DNA of 64,000 nucleotides from Nitrosopumilaceae archaeon (GCA_965208905.1 OZ242365.1:1568001-1632000), one strand, 5' to 3'; positions 44,053 to 53,196 are shown, counted from the first letter of the stretch. The notes: generated by a model not told the origin, from the sequence alone. Translations and numbers: made by a program.

Positions 44053-44156
44053 ATCTCGGCCAAGCGGTCAAAGACAATCTTGTTGTCCTTTATGCAATTC
44101 CTTGCGAGCTTACTCAACCTTGTCTTCCTTTCTGTCGTGTTTGATCTGCTGTCCAT
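44049..44156 (-). CDS. Putative 35-aa Doc antitoxin
   Basis: MDSRS...NKIVFDRLAEI, overlaps the toxin start; TTTTATA at about -28. Confidence 0.65.
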   Translation of the reverse strand: MDSRSNTTERKTRLSKLARNCIKDNKIVFDRLAEI

Positions 44157-44281
44157 GTATCTTATACTTCCTAGAAATATAAAAAGATAGGGTGCGTCCC
44201 ACGGGGGCTTATCCCTGTAACTACAACCTAGGGAATTATATCCATAAGTAAACATTACCCGTGCCTTTTCCTAGAGCCTTA

Positions 44282-44494
44282 CTAGAGAATGCGTTCACCC
44301 CCACACTTGATTAGTTGTAGTAGTTTTTCAGGCGTACGTATGATGTCAAACCCCGTACCATTCCTTTTGCCAAAATCCAAAAGTTCTAACTCGTCTACAT
44401 GCCGCTTAACCTCGTAGAGTCTGCCATCATACGCCAACACTATCTCCACCTCCACTCCGTCCAAGGATATGGAATTTACCTCAATAGCAATCAT
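44282..44494 (-). CDS. Small hypothetical protein
   Basis: ATG 28 nt after the TTAAA embedded in the Cys-repeat gene stop. Confidence 0.65.
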   Translation of the reverse strand: MIAIEVNSISLDGVEVEIVLAYDGRLYEVKRHVDELELLDFGKRNGTGFDIIRTPEKLLQLIKCGGERIL

Positions 44495-44518
44495 TGTTGA
44501 ATAACATCTCCATCACGT

Positions 44519-44794
44519 TTAAGCAGGTGGTTGGTTGTTTACCCAGCCGGTCTTGCCGACCAGGTTGCTGCAATCCCTGCAATCCACACAGTCTACACAA
44601 CTAGTGCAGTGCTCACACCTTTGACACCGGACGCAGTTTTTGCAGTTCGCACAACAAACACAATGTATACATTCCTCACAATCCCTGCAACTGGTGCACT
44701 CCTCACACTCCCAGCAATTCCTGCAGTCTGTACAGTTGCTGCATGTGCGACATTCCCCACACCCCGAACAATCATCACAATACATGTTTGACAT
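44519..44794 (-). CDS. (Cxx)n Cys-repeat micro-protein, copy c
   Basis: Cxx repeats; [14 protein letters not shown]; start moved using TTAAA at 44820. Confidence 0.8.
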   Translation of the reverse strand: MSNMYCDDCSGCGECRTCSNCTDCRNCWECEECTSCRDCEECIHCVCCANCKNCVRCQRCEHCTSCVDCVDCRDCSNLVGKTGWVNNQPPA

Positions 44795-44847
44795 CATTAT
44801 AGTGGGTCCATTCCGTTTAAGCGGAGTTCCGCCCGCACCTGTTAAAG

Positions 44848-45588
44848 TCAGGTAGCATCTTTGATAGCCTTGGCCAGGTCCTGTCTGCGCAGCCTGACCG
44901 AGACGGTCGAGACTGCGGCCGCATCGGCAATCTCCTGCTGCGTTACCCCACAGTTGTGTGCAGCACATACGGTATACAGGGCCGCCGCAGCCAAGGTAGC
45001 GGGGTCTTTGCCTGACATCTGCGACATCACCGACTGCAATAGTTCAACCGCCTTGCGCAGTATTGTCTCCGGCACCTTACAGGATGTGGCAATACTACTG
45101 ATGAATGCTGCCGGGTCCGGGGGCGGCACGGACAGCGACAGGCCATTGACCAGAACGCCATAAATGCGCTTTACCTGCCCGGGTTTTACGGCCGCCACCT
45201 CGCAGATCGACTTTGTAGTACGGGGTACGCCTTCCAGCCTGCATGCCAGTGTAACCAGCGCGGCTGCAAAAGCTCCACGATGCCAGCCGCGGTTCAGCCC
45301 GTGCGCGTTGGCATTTGTGTTTAAGGAAACTGCCCTCCTATATGCGATATCGGGCACGCCACACTTTGTACATATTGATTCAATTACGCCTATCATTGCC
45401 CAGTTGGGACGGCTTATCTTCCTGTCCAGTTTGTGCAACCTCCACTTCCCCTCGAACGTCTTGGTACGGCCCATCTCCGACCATATCTGGGTGAGTGTTG
45501 GCGCGGCCCTGCGAACCTCCCCGCACTTCGTACACACCAGTTCACCATCATCCTCAAGTATACGACCTCCGCATCGACATGTCAGCAC
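44848..45588 (-). CDS. tfb: Divergent transcription factor B
   Basis: Zn ribbon CRC...ELVCTKCG, two cyclin folds (AAALVTLACRLEGVPRT; GKDPATLAAAALY), HTH TQQEIADAAAVSTVSVR; GTG overlaps the upstream stop. Confidence 0.9.
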   Translation of the reverse strand: MLTCRCGGRILEDDGELVCTKCGEVRRAAPTLTQIWSEMGRTKTFEGKWRLHKLDRKISRPNWAMIGVIESICTKCGVPDIAYRRAVSLNTNANAHGLNRGWHRGAFAAALVTLACRLEGVPRTTKSICEVAAVKPGQVKRIYGVLVNGLSLSVPPPDPAAFISSIATSCKVPETILRKAVELLQSVMSQMSGKDPATLAAAALYTVCAAHNCGVTQQEIADAAAVSTVSVRLRRQDLAKAIKDAT

Positions 45589-47219
45589 CACACATTCCAA
45601 CCCCCGTCGAACTTGGTAAGGCCGCAATCCGCCCGGCTCACCCCACCGTGCCGTATCATGGCCGCGTTGACCGGCTCTGCCATGCCGCACCATATCACCC
45701 CCGTCCTTGATACGGGGGGAGGAATCGCCAGGCCGGTATCCCATGCGGTCGGCCCATCAGCGCTTATCGTGTATCGCATGGCATCACCCACATGCTGTAT
45801 TGTAGCAGTCACCACATCGTGATACGTGGATGATACAAGCGGCTCCAAAACCATGCCGTCCGCCATATATGTGACATTTCCGGTCATCGCCGGCATCCTT
45901 AATGTGATTGCCGCCGGCTCTCCCGTTGCGTCTACATGTATTGTGGAGCCCTCCCGTGTAATATCAACATCAAGTACCGACTCGTATGTGGTCGCATAGG
46001 GTATTACGAGCGGCGCATATGATGAGTGCATAACATCAAAGTCTACAGTTACAATGCTGCCAGGCGGACATATTGCGGCAGCCATATTGTCCGGGTCGCC
46101 AGACACCAGACTCATGCGTACGGCTCCATGGAAGCCGTTCCCATATACTATGCCGGTCGCGCCATCCCATGCGCGAACCACCATGTCCTGTATGCAATCA
46201 CCAGTACACATGTCATTGGGTATGGAGTGTATTGTTATCATATCAGATGTATTATGCGGTATTGTTGCCGACAATACGCCGCCTACCACATCATATGTGG
46301 CGTCCAACATTGTATTCCCCTGCCAGAATGTAAAAGTCCCGCCGAATGCCGGCATGACTATATGCAGCATGCCTCCACCATCGGATACGCCGCGTATTGC
46401 GGCCGTATTGTATGATCTTGATATGCTCTGAACCTGATATGTATCCGATGACCATGACACGCCCGACAGCGTTCCTGCGCGCATCACATTATCCGGGCCC
46501 GATACATCAACGCTTACCCCGTCCTGTATGCCGTACAGCATATCCATGTATCTCTTCTCAGAGTAGAACCAAAAAGAGTTCTGTATGTGTGGGTCGTATC
46601 GGTCGGCCACATACACGCCTGCCAACGGTATTGGCCTGTCCATATCTACCAAAAACCTGGCACTACCCTCGCCCACATACTGTATTATGTATAACCCGTC
46701 CACACTCTCCATGACGGCCACATCTCCCCATACCTCCCCCACACGTACGACCCCGGGCCCGTCAAGAAAGTCGTTTATGCCAAACAATACGTCATTTAGC
46801 GAGTCTGCAACCGTTCTTGAGTAGTCTACAAAGGGCGTATACATCATGTCATTATACAACAGCACGTATGTTCTTGTCGGTATGCCCGGAGGGGCCGAAT
46901 CATCAAGCAGGGGTATGTCGTGTATAGGGTCGCCCGTAATCTCAAAGGCCGTATCCGGTGAGAATACCACGTCTGGGGGCATTTCCGTTGGCAGGCCGGC
47001 CAGTATGGTGTGGTCGGCTCGTACCACCCAGTACGGAGTCTGATTATGCAACACCGGCGCGATGAACTCCAGCTCAGCATAATAGCAGTATTGCCGCAGT
47101 GTATCGCATATCGTGTATGCGTGGGTTTCGGGCGCGGCGTCCATGCCCGGCTCCCAGTATGCGCCATGTGCAGCAAGGGGCATGCATATGCCAATTACCA
47201 CCAACAGTACATACTGCAT
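45582..47219 (-). CDS. Secreted acidic hypothetical protein
   Basis: Signal peptide MQYVLLVVIGICMPLAAHG; class II motif upstream. Confidence 0.75.
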   Translation of the reverse strand: MQYVLLVVIGICMPLAAHGAYWEPGMDAAPETHAYTICDTLRQYCYYAELEFIAPVLHNQTPYWVVRADHTILAGLPTEMPPDVVFSPDTAFEITGDPIHDIPLLDDSAPPGIPTRTYVLLYNDMMYTPFVDYSRTVADSLNDVLFGINDFLDGPGVVRVGEVWGDVAVMESVDGLYIIQYVGEGSARFLVDMDRPIPLAGVYVADRYDPHIQNSFWFYSEKRYMDMLYGIQDGVSVDVSGPDNVMRAGTLSGVSWSSDTYQVQSISRSYNTAAIRGVSDGGGMLHIVMPAFGGTFTFWQGNTMLDATYDVVGGVLSATIPHNTSDMITIHSIPNDMCTGDCIQDMVVRAWDGATGIVYGNGFHGAVRMSLVSGDPDNMAAAICPPGSIVTVDFDVMHSSYAPLVIPYATTYESVLDVDITREGSTIHVDATGEPAAITLRMPAMTGNVTYMADGMVLEPLVSSTYHDVVTATIQHVGDAMRYTISADGPTAWDTGLAIPPPVSRTGVIWCGMAEPVNAAMIRHGGVSRADCGLTKFDGGWNVWC

Positions 47220-47240
47220 AGTAACGTATGCTATGAGAAC

Positions 47241-47254
47241 CGTAAATAGGTTAC
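47241..47254 (-). promoter_or_regulatory. Class II promoter motif
   Basis: GTAACC-TATTTA-CG, with CG at -23/-22 of ATG 47219. Confidence 0.55.
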
Positions 47255-47257
47255 AGT

Positions 47258-47320
47258 GGTGGCGGGTATGCCGGGCCCCAACCACCAAGTGTGAAAACGG
47301 GATACCCTACCCCGCCCGGC
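47258..47320 (-). ncRNA. Candidate pseudoknot small RNA, copy B
   Basis: GCCGGGCGGGG exactly 28 nt after CCATATGGCGCC-TTAAA; hairpin GGTGGTTGGG/CCCGCCACC with loop GCCCGGCATA. Confidence 0.6.
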
Positions 47321-47366
47321 TGGTTATACAAAGCATGGTTGCATTTAAGGCGCCATATGGCCAGGC

Positions 47367-48062
47367 TTATTCATTTTTGCGGGCGGACCTCTTGTCCCGC
47401 GGACTCTTGCGCAGCTGCCCGCCACAACACCCACACCGCTTCACATCAGCAGGAACGTCCTCATATACTACGACACACTGCATGCAGTATGCCCGACCGG
47501 GCCCGGCCCTGAACTTTTTTGAGCCTTTTCCATGCCGCCCGCAACACCTGGATCCGGTTTTCTCCGAATCCTCGCATTTGGTGTATTTTGGTACGGGCTT
47601 GCCATTGTATTTGGCCTGTCCCTCGGCTATCTTGAGCGGCCTGTCCCCGGGCGCCACACCCTCCACCGCCAGACGCCTCCACTCCAGATACTCAGCGTGG
47701 TATGGTTTGTCAGGTGGAATCTTGGAGCGGCTTTGCTTCTTTGGCGGCTTGCCCTTAAATGCCACGTACCGCCTGTACTCGTTGGCCATGGCCCTCTCCT
47801 GTTCGGTAGGCTCCACACCCTCGCGTATCTTGCGGCTGAATATTGCGTGAGCCTCCCGCAACTCTTTGGGTATGTAGTCGTGCTTTGGCTTCCGGGTGGT
47901 GGACTTGGCCTGCGGCTTGCCCTTGTGGTACAGCCAAGATTTGTACTCGTTTGACTTTTTACGTATATCATCAGGTATTGGCTTGCCCTCCCTGCGCAGT
48001 CTGTTGGCCTCGGAACAGGCAGCCCTCAGTTCCTCAGGTATATAGAGTAGCTTGCTTTTCAT
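47367..48062 (-). CDS. Very basic protein with internal repeats and C-terminal Zn ribbon
   Basis: YIP.ELR.A...REG...NEY......KGKP twice; CMQC...CGCC; TTAAA at -28. Confidence 0.75.
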   Translation of the reverse strand: MKSKLLYIPEELRAACSEANRLRREGKPIPDDIRKKSNEYKSWLYHKGKPQAKSTTRKPKHDYIPKELREAHAIFSRKIREGVEPTEQERAMANEYRRYVAFKGKPPKKQSRSKIPPDKPYHAEYLEWRRLAVEGVAPGDRPLKIAEGQAKYNGKPVPKYTKCEDSEKTGSRCCGRHGKGSKKFRAGPGRAYCMQCVVVYEDVPADVKRCGCCGGQLRKSPRDKRSARKNE

Positions 48063-48143
48063 ATATAGTATACGTGGTGAGGATATTTAAGGCGTCCCTC
48101 ATGCCATATAGCGCCTTATAACATACCGTGTAGTTCGACGGGC

Positions 48144-49433
48144 ATGAAAACAGCAATCATTGCGGCAGCATGTCTGGTATTTGCTGCCGCGTACAATGCA
48201 GACGCGCACTACACATATGCGGAAGAATCCGTGCCATGGTTCTTTGCGCAGACGGTGCATATACAGAGCGGAGGCAACACGCAAGCAGGCATAATATGGG
48301 ACGCAAATACAATAGTAACATCCAGTCATGGTATCGTGAACAACACAATCCACATAACAGACGCATACGGCAATCACATACCCGGCACATTGCTCATCGC
48401 AGACCCGTACTCTGATGTCGCAGTAATACTGGCATACACGGGCGAAGAGCCGGTTAGAGGAGAGTTAGATGCAATACCTGGCCAGTGGGTTTATGCGGTC
48501 GGCCATCCAAAAGACCGGCCATACGCGGTAACATTTGGCATAATATCCAGCACTCATCGCAGCGTACCGGTATCAATACAACACGATGCCGTGGTGTCGA
48601 CCGGCAATTCCGGCGGACCGCTATTCACTCTGGATGGTAGATTGGTCGGCATGACCGTTGCCTCTGATGATTTGGCGTTTGCCGTTCCCTATGAGATACT
48701 AGATGCGGTAGTACAATCCATACATGAAACCGGTACGTACGCACCTGGCTGCATCGGCATAGTACTGGATGACAACACGATAAGGACCGTACGAGACGAG
48801 GTAGCGGGCATATTGCACCCCGGTGATGTTATTATGTCTATAGACGGAAAACCTCCCTACGAGCTGCAGTATGATCGTTCCGCAGGCGAGTATGTTGTCG
48901 TGGTATTGGAGGACAGAACGGTGCAGGTACAACTAGGCTACATGGGAGAGTGGTTTGGCATACACAGATGCATGGACTCGCCAACCAGCCTGGACAGACT
49001 GATGGTACGGAATCTGATGGCATACACAGGTGGAGACAGGGTTGTCGTGGCCGGTGATATACACAATATTGGCAGCACCGAACTAACCTCTTTGACACTC
49101 GATAGGCTAGCCATACATGACCTGATAATCACACAGGATGATACAACCGGCGATATGTCGTTGTACTATAACGGGACAGATTATGGGGTATATTCAGCCG
49201 CTGCAGGGTATACGACGTTTCACTTTGGTGAGACATTTGATATTGATCTGACCGGCCTGACAGTACATGACACAATACAGCACGGCCTGTACCCAATGAC
49301 ATCAAACCCATTCAGGGTTGTTATAACCGGTGATATGCACATACCATCTGGATCAACCATGCACGTAATCATATCCGGTACTGACGGCAACACGACAATG
49401 TTCTCTGATGTGCAATCCACTATTGTGCAGTAA
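48144..49433 (+). CDS. Secreted HtrA-like serine protease (trypsin plus PDZ plus extra C-domain)
   Basis: TSSH, SDVAVI, GNSGGPL; GDVIMSIDG. Confidence 0.88.
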   Translation: MKTAIIAAACLVFAAAYNADAHYTYAEESVPWFFAQTVHIQSGGNTQAGIIWDANTIVTSSHGIVNNTIHITDAYGNHIPGTLLIADPYSDVAVILAYTGEEPVRGELDAIPGQWVYAVGHPKDRPYAVTFGIISSTHRSVPVSIQHDAVVSTGNSGGPLFTLDGRLVGMTVASDDLAFAVPYEILDAVVQSIHETGTYAPGCIGIVLDDNTIRTVRDEVAGILHPGDVIMSIDGKPPYELQYDRSAGEYVVVVLEDRTVQVQLGYMGEWFGIHRCMDSPTSLDRLMVRNLMAYTGGDRVVVAGDIHNIGSTELTSLTLDRLAIHDLIITQDDTTGDMSLYYNGTDYGVYSAAAGYTTFHFGETFDIDLTGLTVHDTIQHGLYPMTSNPFRVVITGDMHIPSGSTMHVIISGTDGNTTMFSDVQSTIVQ

Positions 49434-49444
49434 TTTTTTTCTTT

Positions 49445-49549
49445 TTATTTATCTGCGCAACCGACACAATACTCGGCATCTGCCATGGCACTCTCTGGAA
49501 ATTCCTTCCCACACTTCACACAATCATACATGTCTTCTATCTTACCCAT
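49445..49549 (-). CDS. 34-aa Zn-finger micro-protein
   Basis: Hand translation MGKIEDMYDCVKCGKEFPESAMADAEYCVGCADK; TTAAA at -28; partial second copy near 18571-18621. Confidence 0.7.
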   Translation of the reverse strand: MGKIEDMYDCVKCGKEFPESAMADAEYCVGCADK

Positions 49550-49635
49550 ACTGGTGGTTGTGTACCATTGCGTTTAAGGCTGTCTGGGAATGTACAAAAG
49601 TTCTCCTTTAACGTGAACAATACGCATACAATATA

Positions 49636-50169
49636 ATGGAATCCATTATCGACAACGTAAACATCACAATGCATGACAAGCTAATAGAACGGCTTGCCGG
49701 TGCACACACATTGGACATTGCAGTTGGGTATTTTCATGTCAGCGGGTTCAACGAGTTAATCAGACACATGAACGGTGTGCGGATGCGTCTGGTAATGGGT
49801 AACGAGACGGATGCCGATACGGCAGCCCACCTGCGCAAAGGCCACAAGCCAAAGACCAAGTGCAAGCCGGTGCCAACCGAATTATACGAATTCATAAAAT
49901 CCGGCAGGCTCAAAGTCCGAATATACACGCACAGTAAGTTTCACGCCAAGGCGTACATTATACAGGATAGTTGTGCGTTTGTCGGCTCCTCAAATTTGTC
50001 AAAGGCAGGCCTTGGCCGGGGAAGCAGCAACCTGGAACTAAATTTGATGGTGTCAAGTATAGATGAGTTGTCAGCATGGTATGAAAACATCTGGAATGAG
50101 TCTGTACATTATAATTCCAAACTCATCAAGGTTCACCGGCGCAGATACAGACGCTCAAGGAGGCTGTAA
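49636..50169 (+). CDS. Stand-alone or truncated PLD-family nuclease domain
   Basis: LDIAVGYF, FHAKAYI, VGSSNLS, NLELN. Confidence 0.8.
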   Translation: MESIIDNVNITMHDKLIERLAGAHTLDIAVGYFHVSGFNELIRHMNGVRMRLVMGNETDADTAAHLRKGHKPKTKCKPVPTELYEFIKSGRLKVRIYTHSKFHAKAYIIQDSCAFVGSSNLSKAGLGRGSSNLELNLMVSSIDELSAWYENIWNESVHYNSKLIKVHRRRYRRSRRL

Positions 50170-50187
50170 AATTAACGATGTTTATCG

Positions 50188-50574
50188 TTAGTCTATGAGT
50201 TTATTCCATGTTATCTGCGTCGCACCATGTGTAGCCCTGCCGCGTATGTTGATTGACACCTGTACCGGTTCGCCATCCCACAAATAGTGGTATTCGGCCT
50301 TTCTGCCGAACCGCGCAGAGAGTATTGTATAACCCGTATACTTTGGAAAAGATTCGGCTACATCCATGCATCGCTCTATCTGATGCGCAGGTATCCGTAC
50401 AGTATCACGTATGGTGGTCTTGAGTTCATGTACATGTATCCTGTCTGTTCCAACGGCAAGTATGTCTGGCAGGCCGTTTGATGATGCTCCCAGTCTCCAT
50501 GCGCGCCATCCACATCGTACATACCGTTTGGCTAGGTCGTTCTCGAATCTGTATCCCCTTGTACGGCCACTCAC
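50188..50574 (-). CDS. hjc: Hjc-type Holliday junction resolvase
   Basis: RGYRFENDL...R...S..LPDILA...ELK; GTG 50574 is 28 nt after TTTAA. Confidence 0.85.
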   Translation of the reverse strand: MSGRTRGYRFENDLAKRYVRCGWRAWRLGASSNGLPDILAVGTDRIHVHELKTTIRDTVRIPAHQIERCMDVAESFPKYTGYTILSARFGRKAEYHYLWDGEPVQVSINIRGRATHGATQITWNKLID

Positions 50575-50654
50575 TGTATGGTAGCGTATCGGGTGCGTTA
50601 AAGGGCGGTGTTGGGTTTTGCACTCCTTAAAAGGCTCTGATGTGCTACCACAAC

Positions 50655-50774
50655 ATGCAATTATGTCCAATATGCGAACGCAAGGCCAGGCAGGTGGACT
50701 TTAACCACGATGCCAACTATCGGGAGTTCGTTTGCCATACATGCAAGATAAGATTCAGAACACGGTTTTGGTAA
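50655..50774 (+). CDS. 39-aa Zn-ribbon micro-protein
   Basis: Hand translation MQLCPICERK...FVCHTCKIRFRTRFW; TTAAA at -28. Confidence 0.7.
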   Translation: MQLCPICERKARQVDFNHDANYREFVCHTCKIRFRTRFW

Positions 50775-50797
50775 CCAAAAGGTTGGCCAGATTGCGC

Positions 50798-51208
50798 CTA
50801 TGGTCCCACCTTGGCTAACAACTCCTCATAGGTCATCATGTCCGGTTGTGTGGTATTTGATGGTGGCTGCGCACACTGTATTGTAGCGTTGTATATCTGC
50901 GCGTTTGCAGGCGTACCAGGTACGGGACTCACCCAGGCTACGGACAATACGGGACACCTGGGAGCGTCATCTGATACATATATCAAATCATTTCCAGCTG
51001 CCAGCATCCCCAGTATTGCATTTGGTGTTGTGCCGGATACTGCGGGTTCGATCCCACCAATAAATGAGTCATTGAGCCACACACGTACAGTAACAGGGTA
51101 GTATTCGGATGTTCCGCCATACCCGCCGCCACCTATTATGTATGCGGATACGCCACACATGACTGCAACGCCCATAATGCATAACCCTACGCGCAGAACG
51201 CGGTTCAT
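50798..51208 (-). CDS. Membrane-anchored protein
   Basis: ATGA overlap with the peptidase; N-terminal hydrophobic segment. Confidence 0.65.
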   Translation of the reverse strand: MNRVLRVGLCIMGVAVMCGVSAYIIGGGGYGGTSEYYPVTVRVWLNDSFIGGIEPAVSGTTPNAILGMLAAGNDLIYVSDDAPRCPVLSVAWVSPVPGTPANAQIYNATIQCAQPPSNTTQPDMMTYEELLAKVGP

Positions 51209-51735
51209 AAAAGCAGGCCCACTACAATACCGGCAAAGACAATCGATGTGACCATTGGAAGTCCGGGATACACTATCGCGCCCGCAGGCACGGAATCCAT
51301 TCTGCCGGTTGCAGGATCCACACAGAATCTGTCGCCTTCGCGCTTCTGATACCTGTATAGTCTGAGGGGAAATCCAAGTCCGGGCCGCCGTACACACAAT
51401 ACAACATGACTGCACATCAGGGGCACCATACCGCCGACTATACAATACACTACCGCCATCGGATGTATTGTACATATGGCCATCGATATGCCTGCAACGA
51501 ACCACCAGTCGCCACTCCCCATCATCCGCCTAAATACGAATGCCACACCACCCACACTCCCCCCCATTATGCCGCTGGTGACGACCTCCTGCATGCTGCC
51601 TGTCAGTGCATGCATGATGAATACCGCGCAGCCGACTACAAGTGCAGCTACACATGATTCCAGTGATACGGTTCTGTATTTTGCATCAGATATGGCTGCC
51701 GGTATCATGCACAACAAAGCCAGAAGCCATTCCAT
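51205..51735 (-). CDS. A24 prepilin/preflagellin peptidase-like protein
   Basis: AISDAKYRTV, MGSGD, PGLPMV; multiple TM segments. Confidence 0.75.
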   Translation of the reverse strand: MEWLLALLCMIPAAISDAKYRTVSLESCVAALVVGCAVFIMHALTGSMQEVVTSGIMGGSVGGVAFVFRRMMGSGDWWFVAGISMAICTIHPMAVVYCIVGGMVPLMCSHVVLCVRRPGLGFPLRLYRYQKREGDRFCVDPATGRMDSVPAGAIVYPGLPMVTSIVFAGIVVGLLL

Positions 51736-51746
51736 GCACGGTAGAA

Positions 51747-52100
51747 TTATTCATTACGTTTAAGCGGCGATATGACATCATGCTCAAAGTGCAGCAACAT
51801 CCTGTTCATGTACAGGGAGATATGCACCCTGTCGCCCTTCCGTATCATACCCGACAGTTTTTTTGGGAGTGATATCACCCAGTAATATCTATACATTATG
51901 CCGCATAACTCCCGTATCTTTACTATGCGTATTGGTATGCCGTCCACATTGTCTATGCGGAATGTATCAGAATTATGTATGTTGATGTATGCATCCTCAC
52001 CGTTTTGTTCAATGTATTTTTTGGCCTGTTTGAACGGCAATCGCAGCCGGTAATATGGTGTGCCATCTATATACTGCATCTGCACACGCCTCACCTTCAT
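51747..52100 (-). CDS. Putative AbrB-like (swapped-hairpin) DNA-binding protein
   Basis: YYRLRLP...YWVISLPKKL...IRKGDRVHI. Confidence 0.5.
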   Translation of the reverse strand: MKVRRVQMQYIDGTPYYRLRLPFKQAKKYIEQNGEDAYINIHNSDTFRIDNVDGIPIRIVKIRELCGIMYRYYWVISLPKKLSGMIRKGDRVHISLYMNRMLLHFEHDVISPLKRNE

Positions 52101-52122
52101 ACCGTATAATGCATTTGGGGTT

Positions 52123-52146
52123 CGCAAAAAGGTTAACATTTTTGCG
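52123..52146. promoter_or_regulatory. 24-bp palindrome forming back-to-back class II-like promoters
   Basis: CGCAAAAA-G-GTTAAC-A-TTTTTGCG; outer CGs lie 22-24 nt from ATG 52100 (-) and ATG 52168 (+). Confidence 0.65.
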
Positions 52147-52167
52147 TTTGTGCGCGCATTATATGTC

Positions 52168-53163
52168 ATGTGGTGCAGCATACGACTGGTCGAACACCAA
52201 CAAGAGAAGCGAAAGGAGTTGGTGCAGTCGATACTCTCCTATGTGAGACTTGCGGCATTCCTCACGTACAGGGATGTAGAGGGCTTCGTACGGTATTCAA
52301 TCTGGTTTGAGGACCAGTATCTGAGTTATGTGCTGGGGCTGCATGCGGCCAAGCCAGATCTGGGAGGTGTTGAGATTACACCGACTGATACGCCATCCAT
52401 ATTGGAGAACTGCATGATTGCCCAGGAGATGGAGATGCGTGGGTACGGGGCTGCCGAACTACCGCTTGATACGGGCATACGCTCGGCGACCGCCGCACTG
52501 GGTACGCAGATTACCGACACAGCATACAGGCTGCTGATATGCCACAGGGTTGAACGGTCTGATTTGATCGACGGGTACGTAAACAGTGGAGGCAGGCCGA
52601 CATCAATGTACAGGAAGGTGGCGGGCATGGCTGCGCGCGAGGCCATGGGATTCTTTGACAGCTCGCCCAGGCCTGCGGCTGAAAAACCCACCATCGATGC
52701 CAAAAAACCGCCATACACGCATACGCGCATCATACTGGGGGCGAATACCGAAGAGCACATAACAATACTTCGTGACTCATTTCCCGCCGGCAGTCTGAAG
52801 AGACTGAACCGCATACCGCCCGTACAAGTGGCCGCGCAGGCATGTATAATACCAAAGGTGCGGACAAGCATGATTCACTTTCCCGTGTTCAATGATGCCG
52901 AACTGGAGAGTCTGGAGATCCTGCCGACCAATGTGACCGAAGTTCCCATGGAGTACGGACGCGCCATCACATCCACAACGCAGCCCCCCACCGTATTTAT
53001 GGATTTGATAAACGACATAATACATACATCCATGCCCAGGCGCGTCCCGCTATATCTGGACATATCCGAAGAGCCCGACGACGCATCAATGCAGCCTGAG
53101 TTTCCAGTACAAATCATAGGCGGTGAACCCGAGTTTCCCATCAGTATGATTCCACACGCCTGA
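52168..53163 (+). CDS. Hypothetical protein
   Basis: Long ORF; start set by the palindrome spacing. Confidence 0.7.
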   Translation: MWCSIRLVEHQQEKRKELVQSILSYVRLAAFLTYRDVEGFVRYSIWFEDQYLSYVLGLHAAKPDLGGVEITPTDTPSILENCMIAQEMEMRGYGAAELPLDTGIRSATAALGTQITDTAYRLLICHRVERSDLIDGYVNSGGRPTSMYRKVAGMAAREAMGFFDSSPRPAAEKPTIDAKKPPYTHTRIILGANTEEHITILRDSFPAGSLKRLNRIPPVQVAAQACIIPKVRTSMIHFPVFNDAELESLEILPTNVTEVPMEYGRAITSTTQPPTVFMDLINDIIHTSMPRRVPLYLDISEEPDDASMQPEFPVQIIGGEPEFPISMIPHA

Positions 53164-53196
53164 CGTGTGGCAGTGTGTCAACAAGCTCCGCCCGGC
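53152..53196 (-). ncRNA. Candidate small RNA, copy E (short)
   Basis: GCCGGGCGGAG 28 nt after CCACAATGCGTC-TTTAA; hairpin CCACAC-GTCAGGC-GTGTGG. Confidence 0.4.

Noticed and set aside
44795-45744. ORF-track N-terminal extensions of the Cys-repeat gene and tfb (also radA, nurA, mre11, hjc, mcm)
   Set aside because: They overlap neighbouring genes or promoters; the -28 rule or stop/start overlaps give shorter, family-typical starts
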